Shown here: positions 50,407 through 63,869 of the stretch, piece after piece | Position numbering within the stretch: the stretch's first letter is position 1 | Layout of the letters: the number at the start of each line of letters is the position of its first letter | Source of the DNA: Octopus vulgaris | Taxonomy: Eukaryota | DNA length: 64,000 nucleotides | Assembly: GCA_951406725.2 (NCBI GenBank) | Contig: OX597820.1 | Location: forward strand, 70,370,001 to 70,434,000 | Direction of reading: 5' to 3' | Notes under the pieces: model-generated | Databases searched by the model: none | The model's input: the letters and a program-made list of their open reading frames with translations, nothing else | Told to the model about the DNA's origin: nothing | Translations under genes and position numbers: made by a program

Positions 50407-51586
50407 TATATGTTCAACCACTGTGGAGAACGAAAAGTCTAATGTTTCCAGCTCTTACCCTTTGTGTGAGAGAGAATGAAGAAGGGAGAGAAAATGATGT
50501 GGCTTCAGTAGCAGGCTTCTAAATGAAAAGACTAAGGTGAAACGGTGATGCTTGGAACAAAATATATTGTGCTAATAGAGCGTGTGGAGATGTCAAAGCG
50601 AGCAGCAAATTCATTCTACCAGTGAAGAAGAGATTCAATCAATCCGAATTGAAATGAGCTTTCTATTTGTTTTCGACGACCCATTTCCGCACACAAACTT
50701 GGACAATTGTCTCATACTCCAAAATTTCGGTTGATCTAAGATACTGTGTGATAGAATTGAAAAAGAGACCAGATGACGTGAACTAAGTTCTACTTACAAT
50801 GCATGGATCACTCCGAGTCTCTAGTATAAAGCACTTGTTCAAGACGTCTTGTGATGGAACCGAACAAGTGACTTCATGATGTGAAGCAAACGATCATGCC
50901 AGAATACATGCTAACAAATAAATGAAGATGATCTAGCATCAGGAACATTTATTGATTCCATGAATGATAGTAATTCGTTTCACTTAGGGCCAATAACTTG
51001 GTATCTCTCGATTGTTGACAGACGGTAGTATATACTTTCAACAACAAAAAACAGAAGCAATCGATACCTTCTCCGTTTCTACTATTACCTCTAACAATCA
51101 GAAAGACAGAATTCTGTTACTGGCTGCCATCTATCTGTTCTCAATGTTTAAATTATTTGCTTTTTATTTGTGTTATATTATATTTTGACTTGTGTAGCAC
51201 ACACACCTTTTACTGTGTGCACCACGCAACAGTAATTCCAACAAAGAAAATCTATTCCGTATTATTTCTATTCAATGCATACACATGGACTTTGCTGAAA
51301 ACTTCCACAAGCTATCTACGGAGTATTATTACATAGCAATTGAAGTTTACAACATTATTAGTGGAAAATACAATGGATTCCATTGATTTTTTTTTTCATT
51401 GCAAGTACTGCACTGATTTTTTTTTTTTTTATGAAAAATGAAAAAAAAAAAATTGGTGAAGTTGAAATGCACAATGTCTGTCACTAGAGAATATCTTTCG
51501 TGACAAAATACCCAAGAGAATCAAATGCAAATCAAAACAAGGATGCCGCTCTAACGACGAATTCATACGCGCACGCATGCGCACAA

Positions 51587-51618
<32 letters not shown>

Positions 51619-51910
51619 GCACACATACACAGAGGTACGCACAAACACATACAGAGGTATGTATGTGTGCATATATCTGTCTCTGTCTCTCTCTCAGTCT
51701 CTCTCTGTCTCTCTCTCTCTATATATATATGTGTGTGTGTGTTTATATCTAACATATACATATGAGAGTTATATACATATATATATACAAATGTATATAC
51801 ATATACATATTATGTATATGTATATATATATATGTAAACATGTGTATATATGTACATATATATATATATATATATATGGGTATGTATATATATATATATA
51901 TATGTACATG

Positions 51911-52174
51911 TGGAGACGCAATGGCCCAGTGGTTAGGGCAGCGGACTCGCGGTTTCGATTCCCATCCCTGGCGTTGTGAGTGTTTATTGAGCGAAAACAC
52001 CTAAAGCTCCACGAGGCTTCGCAGGGGAGGGGGCGATCCCACTGTACTCTTTCGCCACAACTTTCTCTCACTCTTTCTTCTGTTGGCCTGCTCGCTTAGC
52101 CAGCGGGGTGGCGTCATTTGAAGGCTAAAACAATGCGAAGCGCATTGTGACCAGCGATGTATAGCAACATCTGA
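51911..52174 (+). mobile_element. SINE family C head, tail type 3
   Basis: Head nearly identical to the 45188 copy up to CTTTCTCTCACTCT, then unrelated sequence. Confidence 0.8.
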
Positions 52175-52234
52175 CATCTATGTATGTATATTTGTGTGCG
52201 TATATATGTACCTATATATGCTTTTATGTGTGTA

Positions 52235-52289
<55 letters not shown>

Positions 52290-52919
52290 CATATATATTT
52301 GTGTGTGTGGGAGTGTGCATAAAATTTGTAATGCTATATATGTATTCCTACAATCATGTATCTATCACAAATAGCTCCTCTAAGGCACCTGGCTATCATA
52401 CCACATAGCAATCCAATATGGAGGAGTGTAATGCAGCTAAAATCCAAGCGAGTAAATCGATGAAATTACTTCATGTGGAGTATATAAATCATAAAACGCC
52501 AGGTGGTATGAGGCGTGGATTCATTCAAATTCATTCAAATTCTTTTTATCTTTAGGATTACGGCTGTTTCGCGGCCTTCATCATATAATAATAATAATTT
52601 TAGTGTCTGCAATAATGTCTGCACTAACATGCATGCTACGCATTCTACAATGCAACTGTACATTTACAAATCAATGCAGATAAATGAGGCTAGGTCATCA
52701 GATAACTATAACATCCTTGTTCCATTCGGCGTATGAATACAAAATGTTCCTTTCTATGGAAGACGATCGCAAGATTTTGGTTTCAGTTCCCAGACTGGGC
52801 GATGCATTGTGTTCTTGAGCAAAACACTTCATCTGCCGTTGCTCTGCAATCACTTTGACACCTGACGCGTGTGTATATAGATACGTAGTATGATGCTTAT
52901 ATTCTCATGCACACACGCA

Positions 52920-52951
<32 letters not shown>

Positions 52952-53700
52952 CGTTAACTACCAGACAGAAGATAGACTGTTTTTACTTCAAACTTTTCCA
53001 ATTTTTAGAAATTGGCGAAATACATCGAAAACGGTAATATTAATATTTTGATTTATATAACCTTTTATTAAATTCCCTCTTAAACTGAAATGTCTTACAC
53101 TTAATTCAGTGCTCTGCCCACCTCAATCTTATACATATATATATATATATATAAGACACTATATATATATGGTGTCTCCAAGTAACCTTCCCTTATATCT
53201 AAGCATCCCCCGACCCTTTCTTGATTTGAGCGCCATATTCACGTCCCACCGACTTGAGCCATTGGTTCCTCTCCTCTTCTATCACAACTTTCGCTTCTTT
53301 CGAACCTCAGTTTACTGATTTATTTCATGCTCCTTACTTTCAACACCCGCACCAATTGAATATATGCGACTCGAACTCATGCACCTGCCCCTTCTAAGAC
53401 TTTAGCTGAACCCCCTAAAGTACCACAAGGCCCAGAGATTGATAGTGATCCTGGCGATAAGTTAGATCTACCACCTAAGAAAAGAAAATCCTTTCTGTAC
53501 ACTTTTCTGTCCACAATATTCAATTACAGGTCCCACGTGCGAATTTTCACTCACGTGTCTTTGATAGAGGGCTTGAACCAGCTTGTAGGGCGTTTGGTTT
53601 ATTATGATGATTGACAAGTATTTTATACTACTTTGTAATAAGAGGTAGTAATTTTTGTTATTGATCATAATTGTTTGTTATCATTATTATTATGATTATG

Positions 53701-53735
<35 letters not shown>

Positions 53736-53736
<1 letters not shown>

Positions 53737-54257
53737 GAGAGAGCCGCGCATGCCATCAAAGTGACACTGGGGTAAAATATACGAAGCTCATTATACCCAT
53801 CTTGACTACTCTTCTGATAAGGGTACACCGGACACATGCATCACAACCATATAGGCGCGACATGGTAATCTTATACCAAGATAAACAGCGCATGGGGCCC
53901 AGTTAGAATTTTCTTCAGGTTGTGTAGCCCATCCTGCTCAAAAGGTCCCTAAATAAGGTTTGTTGAAGGATGATGAACAAACACCTATGTTTCCAGAGGT
54001 GAATTATCCAAACCCCAAAGAATTCCTTTCAACAATTGGCTATGATACTCCCCCACTGCTTCTGCTCGTGATCATAGATACATATATCGTCAGCCACTCA
54101 AGGACATGCTCAACTGGTTAAGGTCAAACAACTAACCAGCAAACCTGCGGTATTAGTAGAATATTTGCTGTAGCCCATCTTTTATACCAAGATAAAACAA
54201 TGTACATGATAACATTTTCAATCAGTTAAGATCAGAAGCCATGAGAGCCACTGCCTG

Positions 54258-54259
<2 letters not shown>
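53736..54259 (+). mobile_element. Family E retroposon inside a (TTA)n tract
   Basis: Aligns end to end with 7385-7935; (TTA)n on both sides. Confidence 0.85.
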
Positions 54260-54313
<54 letters not shown>

Positions 54314-54856
54314 TCAAAAAATTCGTATAGGTCAACTTTGCCTTTCATCCTTCGGGTCGATAAAATGGCTACCACTTGTGTACTGAGGTCGATGTAATCA
54401 AAAGGTCCCCTTCCTCGAACTTGCCAAAATGTATAGACATATATACACGTATCTGAGTACATACATATACAAGTGAGCTTGAACGTTGAAACTTAGTGCA
54501 CACGCACTGCATAATTCAAGGTCAATTTGTGCCAAGAGCTTCACTCTGTGTGCTTTAGCTTCGTTCTGTGGCAACAGTCCGGCTACTTATTGATATATAG
54601 GCACACGGTCACTCACACACAGACATATATATGTATTTGCGTATACATACATACATACATACATACATACATACATACATACATACATACATACATACAT
54701 ACATACATAAAAACATACATACATACATGCCCAAATCTGATCTCCGTGACGTCTGAGTTCAGACCACAGTCCGGAAACTAATAACGCAAACAATTATTGA
54801 CTATGCTTTAAAACAACTCTGCATATTCGTCAAATACAGACACTCACAAAGACTCA

Positions 54857-54905
<49 letters not shown>

Positions 54906-55766
54906 TGGTTTTGTGTGTGAGAGAGAGACGTAGAGGTTAGCAGCGGGACTGGGCGATAGACATGTATATATTTGCAAATGTGTTACTATCTCCGTGAGTA
55001 GTTGTAGGAATTTATTTGTATTTCTATGTGTATGTATTATGTGTGTTTCACAATATACGTTGCTTCTCGAAATCCACTTTCCAGCATGCTCAAAATTTAC
55101 TGAAAGCTTTTATCAATTAATTTCTAACATTATAAACATTACTGGAATAATTTAAACATGAAATATGCAAGACCGATGTTCTCAGTAGACTCTAATTAGA
55201 TTACACACGGGAAATTAATTGCCAACATTTTAATTATTGTCATTCACTTAGAACGGGATAAGTCGAATGTAATATATGTTGGCATCCGTTTTAATCTCCG
55301 TCTTGTCGAGGGTCAACTGGGTTTCAAATCCGTAGGGATTAGGCCTTAGGGACAATAGATAAGCCCGTTGAAATTTATTTTACAATAAATGTCACACATT
55401 CCATTCTAGTAACACGAAACGTTCATTGCTAATATGCAAATAGCATCTGAACACGAATCGCGAAAATACCAACTGGGATGAAGTAAAAATAACAAGCATA
55501 TAAAATCAATAACTTGATAATGCTTGTAAAACCGGGATACATGATACAGGAGAAGATTCGGGGCTACAATAAAAGATACTTTCCGAAGGTACTAAGCAGT
55601 TGAGGTGAACTCGAAATTATGTGATTGCATAACGTACTTCTTAATCACGCAACGAACCTTGCACCTGCTTTGGTTGTCTTTCTTTGAAGGAAAATATGAC
55701 ATCAACTTACTCTATTTCAAGCCGCAAACTTTCAGACAAACATATACGTATATTCTCATGCACACA

Positions 55767-55830
<64 letters not shown>

Positions 55831-55831
<1 letters not shown>

Positions 55832-56130
55832 TAGCAGTATCGCCCGGCGTTGCTCGGGTTTGTAAGGGAAATAATTATATAAGCCTTTTTGGAGAGTTAC
55901 TTCCCTTATATAACCCGAGCAAAAATCATTAAAAATGCGGAAAAATCATAGTAAATTTTTTTTTAATCGTAGACTCATCGTAGACGCGCGCTAATACCCA
56001 GAAGGGCTCGATATGAATGACGACTATAAGATACCCGCTTTTGGTTAAACTGCACCGCAAAATGTGGGAGTAGTTAGGAATCTAAATCGGAGGAGTCTCA
56101 CACACACAACTTCAATTTTATATATAAAGA
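55831..56130 (-). mobile_element. Non-autonomous Helitron (300 bp)
   Basis: Minus strand starts TC(TTTATATATAAA) and ends with hairpin CCCGAGCAACGCCGGG followed by CTAG; inserted between A and T with no TSD. Confidence 0.88.
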
Positions 56131-56667
56131 TATGGTGTATTTAAGTAACTTTCTCTTATATTTAAGCATTCCTCGCCGCCCCTTTCTTGATTTAAGCGTC
56201 ATATTCACTTCCCACGGACTTGGGCCATTGGTTCCTTTCCCCTTCTATCACAACTTTTGCTTCCTTCGAACCTCTGTTTACTGATTTATTTCGTGCTCCT
56301 TTCTTTCTATACGCACTCCAATTCAATGTATGCGACTCGAATGCATGCACCTGCCCCTCCTAAGACTTTAGCTGAACCCATTAAAGTACCACAAGGCCCT
56401 CCAAGTTAGGTCTACCACATAAGAAGAGAAAATCCTTTCCGCACACATTTCCATCCACAATATTCAATTACAGTTCACCTGTGCGAATTTTCACTCACAT
56501 GTCCTTGATAGAGGACATATGCCCAAGGAGCAGCGCTGTGGGTTTGAACCAGCTTGTAGGACGTTTGGCTTATTACCATGATTGCCAAGTATTTCATACT
56601 AGGTTGTAATAAGAGCTAATAATTTTTGTTAATGATCATAATTGTTTGTTATTATTATTATTATTAT

Positions 56668-56795
<128 letters not shown>

Positions 56796-57398
56796 TTTCA
56801 AAGGCAGCGAACTAGCAGAATCGTTAGCATGCTGGGCTCTGTTTCATTTAAATACTTCCTCTTTCAATCATGATAAGCAAAAGTAATTTTTTATGTGAAT
56901 GTTTTCGCAGGATAAGCCGTGAAGGTATGAGAGAGTACTACTGTTGGTATAACTAAAACAGTTTTTGTTGTTGATACTATTACTGAGTGAGGCATTAAAT
57001 TTACTAATGCTGCCTTAAAGGTCACTATTATTTTTTTACAATATGTCTGCATTAGTGACAATTGCTTGCATTTGTGCATTTCTTTTTTCATAGAAACAGT
57101 TTGCCTTTTCCTTTGAGGGGGCAACTCCTACATGTTTTGCTCTGTTGCTAACGTACAATAAGGATACAACACGAATCAAAAATTTTCTAATAAAGTGTCT
57201 TTTATTTCCAGATGTTCAAAGAAATAATTAAATGCCAGTGTTTACAATGGTAGTCAAATTCAATTTGAAAACATCCACATTTAAATCACACTTAACATTC
57301 CAGAACTTCTGAACCAAAGTAAAACACGTTTGACACGTACAGAATTAAATAATAATAATAATAATAAGGATAACAACAACAACAACAATAGTAATAAC

Positions 57399-57430
<32 letters not shown>

Positions 57431-57958
57431 GCATGTCCCTTAGTGGCTGACGATATGTGCATCTCTGTTCACGAGCAGAAGTAGTGGGGGAGCATCATAG
57501 CCACGTGTTGAGAGGGATTCTTTGGGGTTTGAATAATTCACCTCTGGAAACATGGGTGGTTCTTTCAACATCCTTAAATAACCCTTATTCAGGGACCTTT
57601 TGAGCGGGATGGGCTACTCAGCCTGAAGAAAATTCTAACTGGGCCCCCTCCTGCAAGGTCATGTGCTGTTTATCTTGATATGAGATCACCATGTCGCGCA
57701 CATATGGTTGTGATGCATGTGCCTGGTGTACCCTTATCAGACGGGTAGTCATGATGGGTATATTGGGCTTCGTATATTTTACCCCAGTGTCACTTTGATG
57801 GCATGAACTGCTCTCTCACTCAATAATAATAATAATAATAATAATAATTGTGATGCATGTGCCTTGTGTACCCTTAGGCAGGTAGTCATGATGGGTATAC
57901 TAGGCTTCGTATATTTTACCCCAGTGTCACTTTGATGGTATACACTGCTCTCTCATTC
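57431..57958 (-). mobile_element. Family E retroposon (truncated) plus a second short 5' fragment, in (AAT)n
   Basis: Reverse complement of the 7385-7770 segment. Confidence 0.85.
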
Positions 57959-58686
57959 AATGATAATATAAGTAATAATAATAATAATAATAATCATTAT
58001 TATTATCATTCTTTTATTTGTTTCAGTCATTTGACTGCTGCCATGCTGAAGTTCCATCTTTAGTCGAACAAATCGACCCCAGGACTTATTCCTTATAAGC
58101 CTAGTGCTTATTCTATGGGTCTCTTTTGCCGAACTGCTAACTTACGTAGACGTAACCACACCAACATTGGTTGTCAGGTGATGGTGGCTGGGATGGGGGA
58201 CAAACACAGACACACACGCAAATATATATATATATATATACAAACAACGGGCTTCTTTCAGTTTCCATCTACGAAATCCACTCACAAGGCTTTGGTTGGC
58301 TCGAGGCTGTTGTAGAAAAACACTTGCTCAAGATGCCACGCAGTGGAAATGAACCAGGAACCATATGCTTGGGAAACAAACTTCTTACCACACAGACATT
58401 CCTGCACCTGTTACCACCATCATCATCATCATCATTATAATTGTTGCAGATCATTTTAATGTAGCGAGCTAGTAGAATGGATAGAACGCGGATCAAATGC
58501 TTAGCAACATTTCGTCCGTCTCTAAGTTCCGATTTCACCTGGTCGACTTTCCCTTATTCAGGAACCTTTTGAATGCGTTGGACTACTCTACTCGAGTTAA
58601 AGAAAATTCTATCTAAGCTCCACCTGTTTATCTGGATACAAGGTCTCCATGTTGCACACATATGGTTGTGGTGCACGTGTCTGGTA

Positions 58687-61600
58687 ATGTTCGTCCTTCG
58701 GGTTCGAAGATGACCATTGACATCATTTGGTGGAATTGCTGCTTTGAGACCGGAGGTGGCTGGTGAGGCCAATCCGGGCAAGAAAGCCCCTCCCACAGGT
58801 GGGGCAGAAGTGGGTAGGGGCTGTGCTATTGGTGCAGGTGACTCTGGCTTTCCGCATCTGGCGTTTCTGTTCTGCTGACTGAATCCGTCTCTCCTCGGCT
58901 GTCTTTGCTCCTGTGGTGATTGCGCTGCGCCAGGATGAGTGGTCGGCAGCAAGTGTCTCCTAAGTCTCTGTGCTGATGGAGAAGTCTTTGAGAGATACTT
59001 TGAGACTGTCCTTGAAGCGCTTCTTCTGCCCTCCGACTTTGCGTTTGCCCTGGCTGAGTTCACCGCAGAAGAGCTGTTTTGGGATGCGAGTGTCGGACAT
59101 GCGGGAGACGTGGCCTGCCCATCTCAGCTGGGCCTTGCGCATGATCGTGATGGTGCTAGGGAGATCTGCCTGCTTCAGAACTTCCGTGTCTGGGACTTTG
59201 TCCTGCCAGCTGATGTGAAGGAGGTTCCGAAGACACCTGAGGTGGAAGTGGTTTATCTGGCGCTCGTGCCTTCGGTAAGCAGTCCACGTTTCGCAGCCGT
59301 ATAGTAGGGTGGTAAGCACGACTGCCCGGTAGACTTTCAGCTTGGTGTTGAGGCTGATTCCTCTTCGCTCCCAACTTTCTTTCGCAGTCTCCCAAACACG
59401 CTGCTTGCCTTGGAGATTCTGTTGATGATTTCAGCATCTATGTTGGCATTGAAGGAGGGAGTGCTGCCCAGGTAGGTGAAGTTTTCCACCGCTCGTAGGA
59501 TCCGTCCGTTCACCTCTATCTGAGGCTCATGGTATTGTTTGCCGGGGGCTGGCTGAAACATCACTTCGGTTTTCTTGGCACTGATGGTGAGACCGAAGTT
59601 GTCACAGGCTGATGAGAACCTGTCCATCCCGAGCTGCATTTCCTGCTCATCGATTGCGGTAAGGGCGCAGTCGTCAGCAAAGAGAAAGTCTCTGACGACT
59701 GTCTCCCTCACCTTTGTGACGGCCTGCAATCTTCTGGATTTGAAAAATTTCCCGTCCGTCCTGTACTTGATGTTGATACCGGACTTGCAGTCCATGAAGG
59801 CGTCGGACAGCATTGCCGAGAACATGATGCTGAACAGTGTTGGGGCCAGGACACAGCCCTGCCTGACTCCGTTGGTCACCTGGAAGACTTCAGATGAGTT
59901 GCCGTCTTCAAGGACTCTGGCTGTCATTCCGTCGTGGAACTGGCGGACAATTGCAATAAATTTGCTGGCGCAACCAAATTTTCCCATGACCTTCCAGAGT
60001 CCCTCCCGACTGACTGTATCGAAAGCCCTGGTGAGGTCAACAAAGGTCATGCAGAGGTCAAGGTGCTGCTCCATGCATTTCTCCTGGAGCTGGTGGGCGG
60101 TGAATATCATGTCAGTGGTCCCTCGACCCGCGCGGAAGTCACACTGGCTCTCAGGGAGAAGGCCTTGCTCCAAGTGTTCCAGAAGGCGGTCAAGCTGGAC
60201 TCGGGCCAGGTTCTTGCCTGCTATGGACAAGAGGGAGATTCCTCGGTGGTTGTCGCAGGACTGCCGATCTCCTTTCCACTTATAAATGTGGACGATTGTT
60301 GCGCCCCGGAAATCTTGCTGGAGTTGTTCCCTGTCCCACATCGACTGGAACAGGCTAGTGAGCTGACTGATCATGGTTGGGCCGCCCGACTTGAACACCT
60401 CTGCAGAGATGGCGTCAGAGCCTGGAGCTTTGCCGGTGGACAATTTTTTGATGGCTCTGCCCACTTCCTCGACTGCAGAAGGAACAGCCAGCTCGTGGTT
60501 TGTCGGCACCTGGGGGAGTCGTGCGATGGCTTCCTCGTTGATCTGGGCTGGTCGGTTGAGCACGATGTTGAAATGCTCCGCCCATCTCTCCAGGATCAGC
60601 CTCTTGTTAGTCAGGAGTGAGGTTCCATCCGAGCTGAGCAGGGTGGTTGACCCAAAGGAGGACCGGTTCATAGACAGCTTTCAGCGCCTCGTAGAATTTC
60701 TTGGTGTCGTGTTTGTCTGCGTGTCCCTGAATCTCATCCGCCTTGGCGCTTAACCATGCGTCTTGCATGAGACGGAGTTTTGCCTGGACTGTGCTGCGAA
60801 TGCTGTTGAAAGCAGCCTTCTTTGCGTGCAGGTGGTGTCATTTTGGTGGGCCCGCAGCAGACGGCGTTTCTCTTCCAGGAGCTTTTGGATTTCCTGGTCG
60901 TTTTCGTCGAACAAGTCCTGGTGGTTCCTCGTAACTTGGCCTTGAGTTTCAAGGGCGATGGAATGAGCCGTGTCCCTGAATGATTCCCACTGCTCATCGA
61001 TGCTGGACTGGTCATTCCGAATGTCCAACAGCTTGCTGTCCATACGTGACTGGAGATCTTGTGCAGTCAGCTGGTTCTTTAATTTCGTGATGTTAAGCTT
61101 CCTCGTCACTTTTTGACCCTGTGGTCTTCTCTTAGGTTGGATGTAGAAATCCATCCTGGAGATGATGAGGCGATGGTCCGTCCAGCAATCAGCTCCACAC
61201 ATTGCTTTGACCAGTCTTCTGTCCCGCCTGTCTTTCGCCCTGATGATGACGTAATCTATCAGAGCGTGGATGCATCCATGATGTCTTGTTGTGTGTTGGC
61301 AGACGGAACAAGGTGTTGGCGATGGTAAGATCATGAGAGGCGCACGCCCGCAGGAGGAGCTGCCCGTTGTCGTTGCACTTTCCGATTCCTTGCTTTCCCA
61401 GTACGCGATGCCAGGCTTGGTGGTCAGTCCCGACACGGGCGTTAAAGTCCCCAAGGAGGATGAGCTTCTCAGGCTGGGCTGACATGATGAGGGAGTCGAG
61501 TTCCTCATAGAACCTGTCCTTAACTTCTTCAGGGTTGGTCATGGTGGGGGCGTAAGCACTGATGATGGTCGCACTAGTCTTGTTTCCAAGTGGGAGCTGC

Positions 61601-62637
61601 ATCTTCATCAGCCGATCGTTGATACCCTCGGGGGAGCTTTCCAGTTTCCGCACGTGTACTGACTTGATGGCAAAACCAACACCAGCCTCACGACGCTCTT
61701 CGCTGCTGCGGCCACTCAAAAAGAAAGTGTAGCCACCGCCTGTCTCTGTCAGCTGGCCTTTGTCCGCAAGGCGGGTCTCGCTCAGTGCTGCGATATCGAC
61801 ATTGTATCGGCTCAGTTCTCTGCCCACCAGGGCAGTTCGTCTCTCTGGTCTGTCCGCTTTGGTGTTGTCAAGCAGAGTTCCCACGTTCCAAGTTGCGAAA
61901 GTGAGCACCTTTGTTCGTTTTCTTTCTTTTTTTCGACGGCTTGGAAAGGATCCCCGCCAGCCGCGGTTTGCTGACCAGGGTGAGGTGAGGCAGGCTATGT
62001 TTAGGGCAACCTTTTCTAGCCCCGTCCTCATGCTGCGGAGGCGAGCAGAGCGATCCTGAAGAGGGCTGCTCGGTCACTCAGGAGGCTGCCGGACTCCACT
62101 GCTGCCTCAGTTCAGTGAGGGGCGACCACATGTCCTGAGCCGCCTGTGTGTGGGTTCACGACTGCAGCTCCCAGTGTATCCTCACCTGCTACTTCGCCGT
62201 TTCCCCATCGCCACAGGACTTTGTGATGTTGGTGTCATGATATCATGACGTGCGCGTGACTTGGATTATAGTGAGGGTGACTTGCGCAGGAGCAGCCTCA
62301 CTCTCTCGTCCTGGTGCGCCGGATCCAGTGGCAAGACAAAGTCAAGACGGCTGGGGGTAGAGCAGGATGCAGGAGCTGCCGGAAGGTAGCACGCATGGCG
62401 CAATCCAACCGCCTTAGGGGCTCCACTCCGGATTTATGTAGGTTTTTGGATGGCCATTGACTCATGAGAGAGTTCCTCTGCCCTTTGACAGGTTTTGTTT
62501 TTAGTCCTGCTGGGTGTCCAAATCACCCTCCTCACCAAGAAATCTTGGTGGGGTTGCCAGTTTAGTCGCCAACGACCCGACCATGTAACAGGTTGTACTG
62601 GGTTACATGTTACCAGTAGCTCCAAGCGGAGACCTGA
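58687..62637 (-). mobile_element. Near full-length RTE-clade LINE (APE + RT + C-terminal Zn-finger-like motif), inactivated by several frameshifts
   Basis: APE (TWNVGTL..AALSETR..SAYAPT..LGDFNARVG) in ORF 61189..62031; RT (GVRQGCVLAPTLF, FLFADD) in ORF 59337..60671; CPTCGRGFLARIGLTSHLR before the stop at 58723-58725; perfect 13-bp TSD CACGTGTCTGGTA at 58674-58686 and 62638-62650; 3' hairpin CTTCG-AACC-CGAAG. Confidence 0.96.
58723..62031 (-). pseudogene. Disrupted RTE ORF (endonuclease/reverse transcriptase)
   Basis: Consecutive ORF fragments in different frames: 61189..62031, 60750..61508, 60734..61015, 59337..60671, 58960..59319, 58554..59063. Confidence 0.93.
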
Positions 62638-62867
62638 CACGTGTCTGGTATAGCCTTATCAGACGGGTAGTAATGATGGGTATATTGGGTTTCGTACATA
62701 TTGGGTTGCGCACATGCCCCATGAAAAATATAATTTATATTAAATTTTCAAATAAAAATGGAACTTCATATGGTTAAACACACAATTCAATCTAAAGGTT
62801 GCTTCTTCTATTGTAGGTATTTTTCTTATCATAAATTTCTCCAACGCAGGCGCTATCAAATATTTAA

Positions 62868-63079
62868 TAGGCGTAGGAGTAGTTATGTGGTAAGTATAGG
62901 AGTAAGAGCGGCTGTGTGGCAAGTAGCTTGCTTATGAACCACATGCTTCCGGGTTCAGTCCCACTGCATGGCACCTTGGGCAAATGTCTTCTACTATAGC
63001 GTCGGACCGACCAAAGCTTTGTGAGTGGATTTGGTAGACGGAAACTGAAAGAAGCCCGTTGTATATATGTATTTATATC

Positions 63080-63137
<58 letters not shown>

Positions 63138-63350
63138 TGTGTTTGTGTGTCTATGTTTGTCCCCCCAACATCGCTTGACAACCGATGCTGGTGTGTTTAC
63201 GTCCCCGTAACTTAGCGGTTCGGCTAAAGAGCCCGATAGAATAAGTACTAGGCTTACAAAGAATAAGTCCTGGGGTCGATTTGCTCGACTAAATGCGGTG
63301 CTCCAGCATGGCTACAGTCAAATGACTGAAACAAGTAAAAGAGTAAAAGA
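62868..63350 (+). mobile_element. SINE family B, full length (another copy starts at ~63654 and runs off the window)
   Basis: Same head, body and tail as 46708-47146. Confidence 0.92.
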
Positions 63351-63807
63351 CTGGTTCAGTTAATATTTCCTTCTAAAATTACCGTGAATTTCAATGAGCT
63401 TTCGCCTCTTCTTTCCATTCAAAACTTAGTAAAATTAATGAGGAACCTTACTGACACAACAATCGTAACTGCATCAAACAGTCCAGTCGTCCATCACATT
63501 GCACAGTGAAGTAGTCTGTCCATGCAGATATATTCCACCTATTTACCAAAATACGTATTTTGGTGAAAATGCACAAAACTACAAAATTTAATGCAAAAAA
63601 CAAGCCTTCACATTTAAACATCATCAAGATGTAAAGCAGCATCATTTTCTGCATGAGTGGGTATGGGGTAAGAAGCTTGCTTCCCAACCACATGATACCG
63701 GGTTCAGTCCGACTACGTGGCACCTTGCACAAGTGTCTCCTACTATAACCTCAGTCCGACCAAAGCATTGTGAATGGATTTTGTAGACGGAAACTGAAAG
63801 AAGCCCG

Positions 63808-63869
<62 letters not shown>

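Larger units (their letters stand above)
53169..56660 (+). repeat. Diverged local direct duplication (~520 bp: 53169-53690 vs 56131-56660)
   Basis: Colinear similarity throughout; both copies preceded by TATTCTCATGCACACACGCAT(AT)n (~52899, ~55751) and followed by TGATCATAATTGTTTGTTA(TTA)n. Confidence 0.85.

Noticed and set aside
50377-50420. Apparent exon with a good acceptor and donor
   Set aside because: Overlaps a mariner TIR and its phase does not fit
59575-60620. Plus-strand ORFs of 228-236 aa
   Set aside because: Antisense shadows of the GC-rich RTE ORF; no recognisable domain
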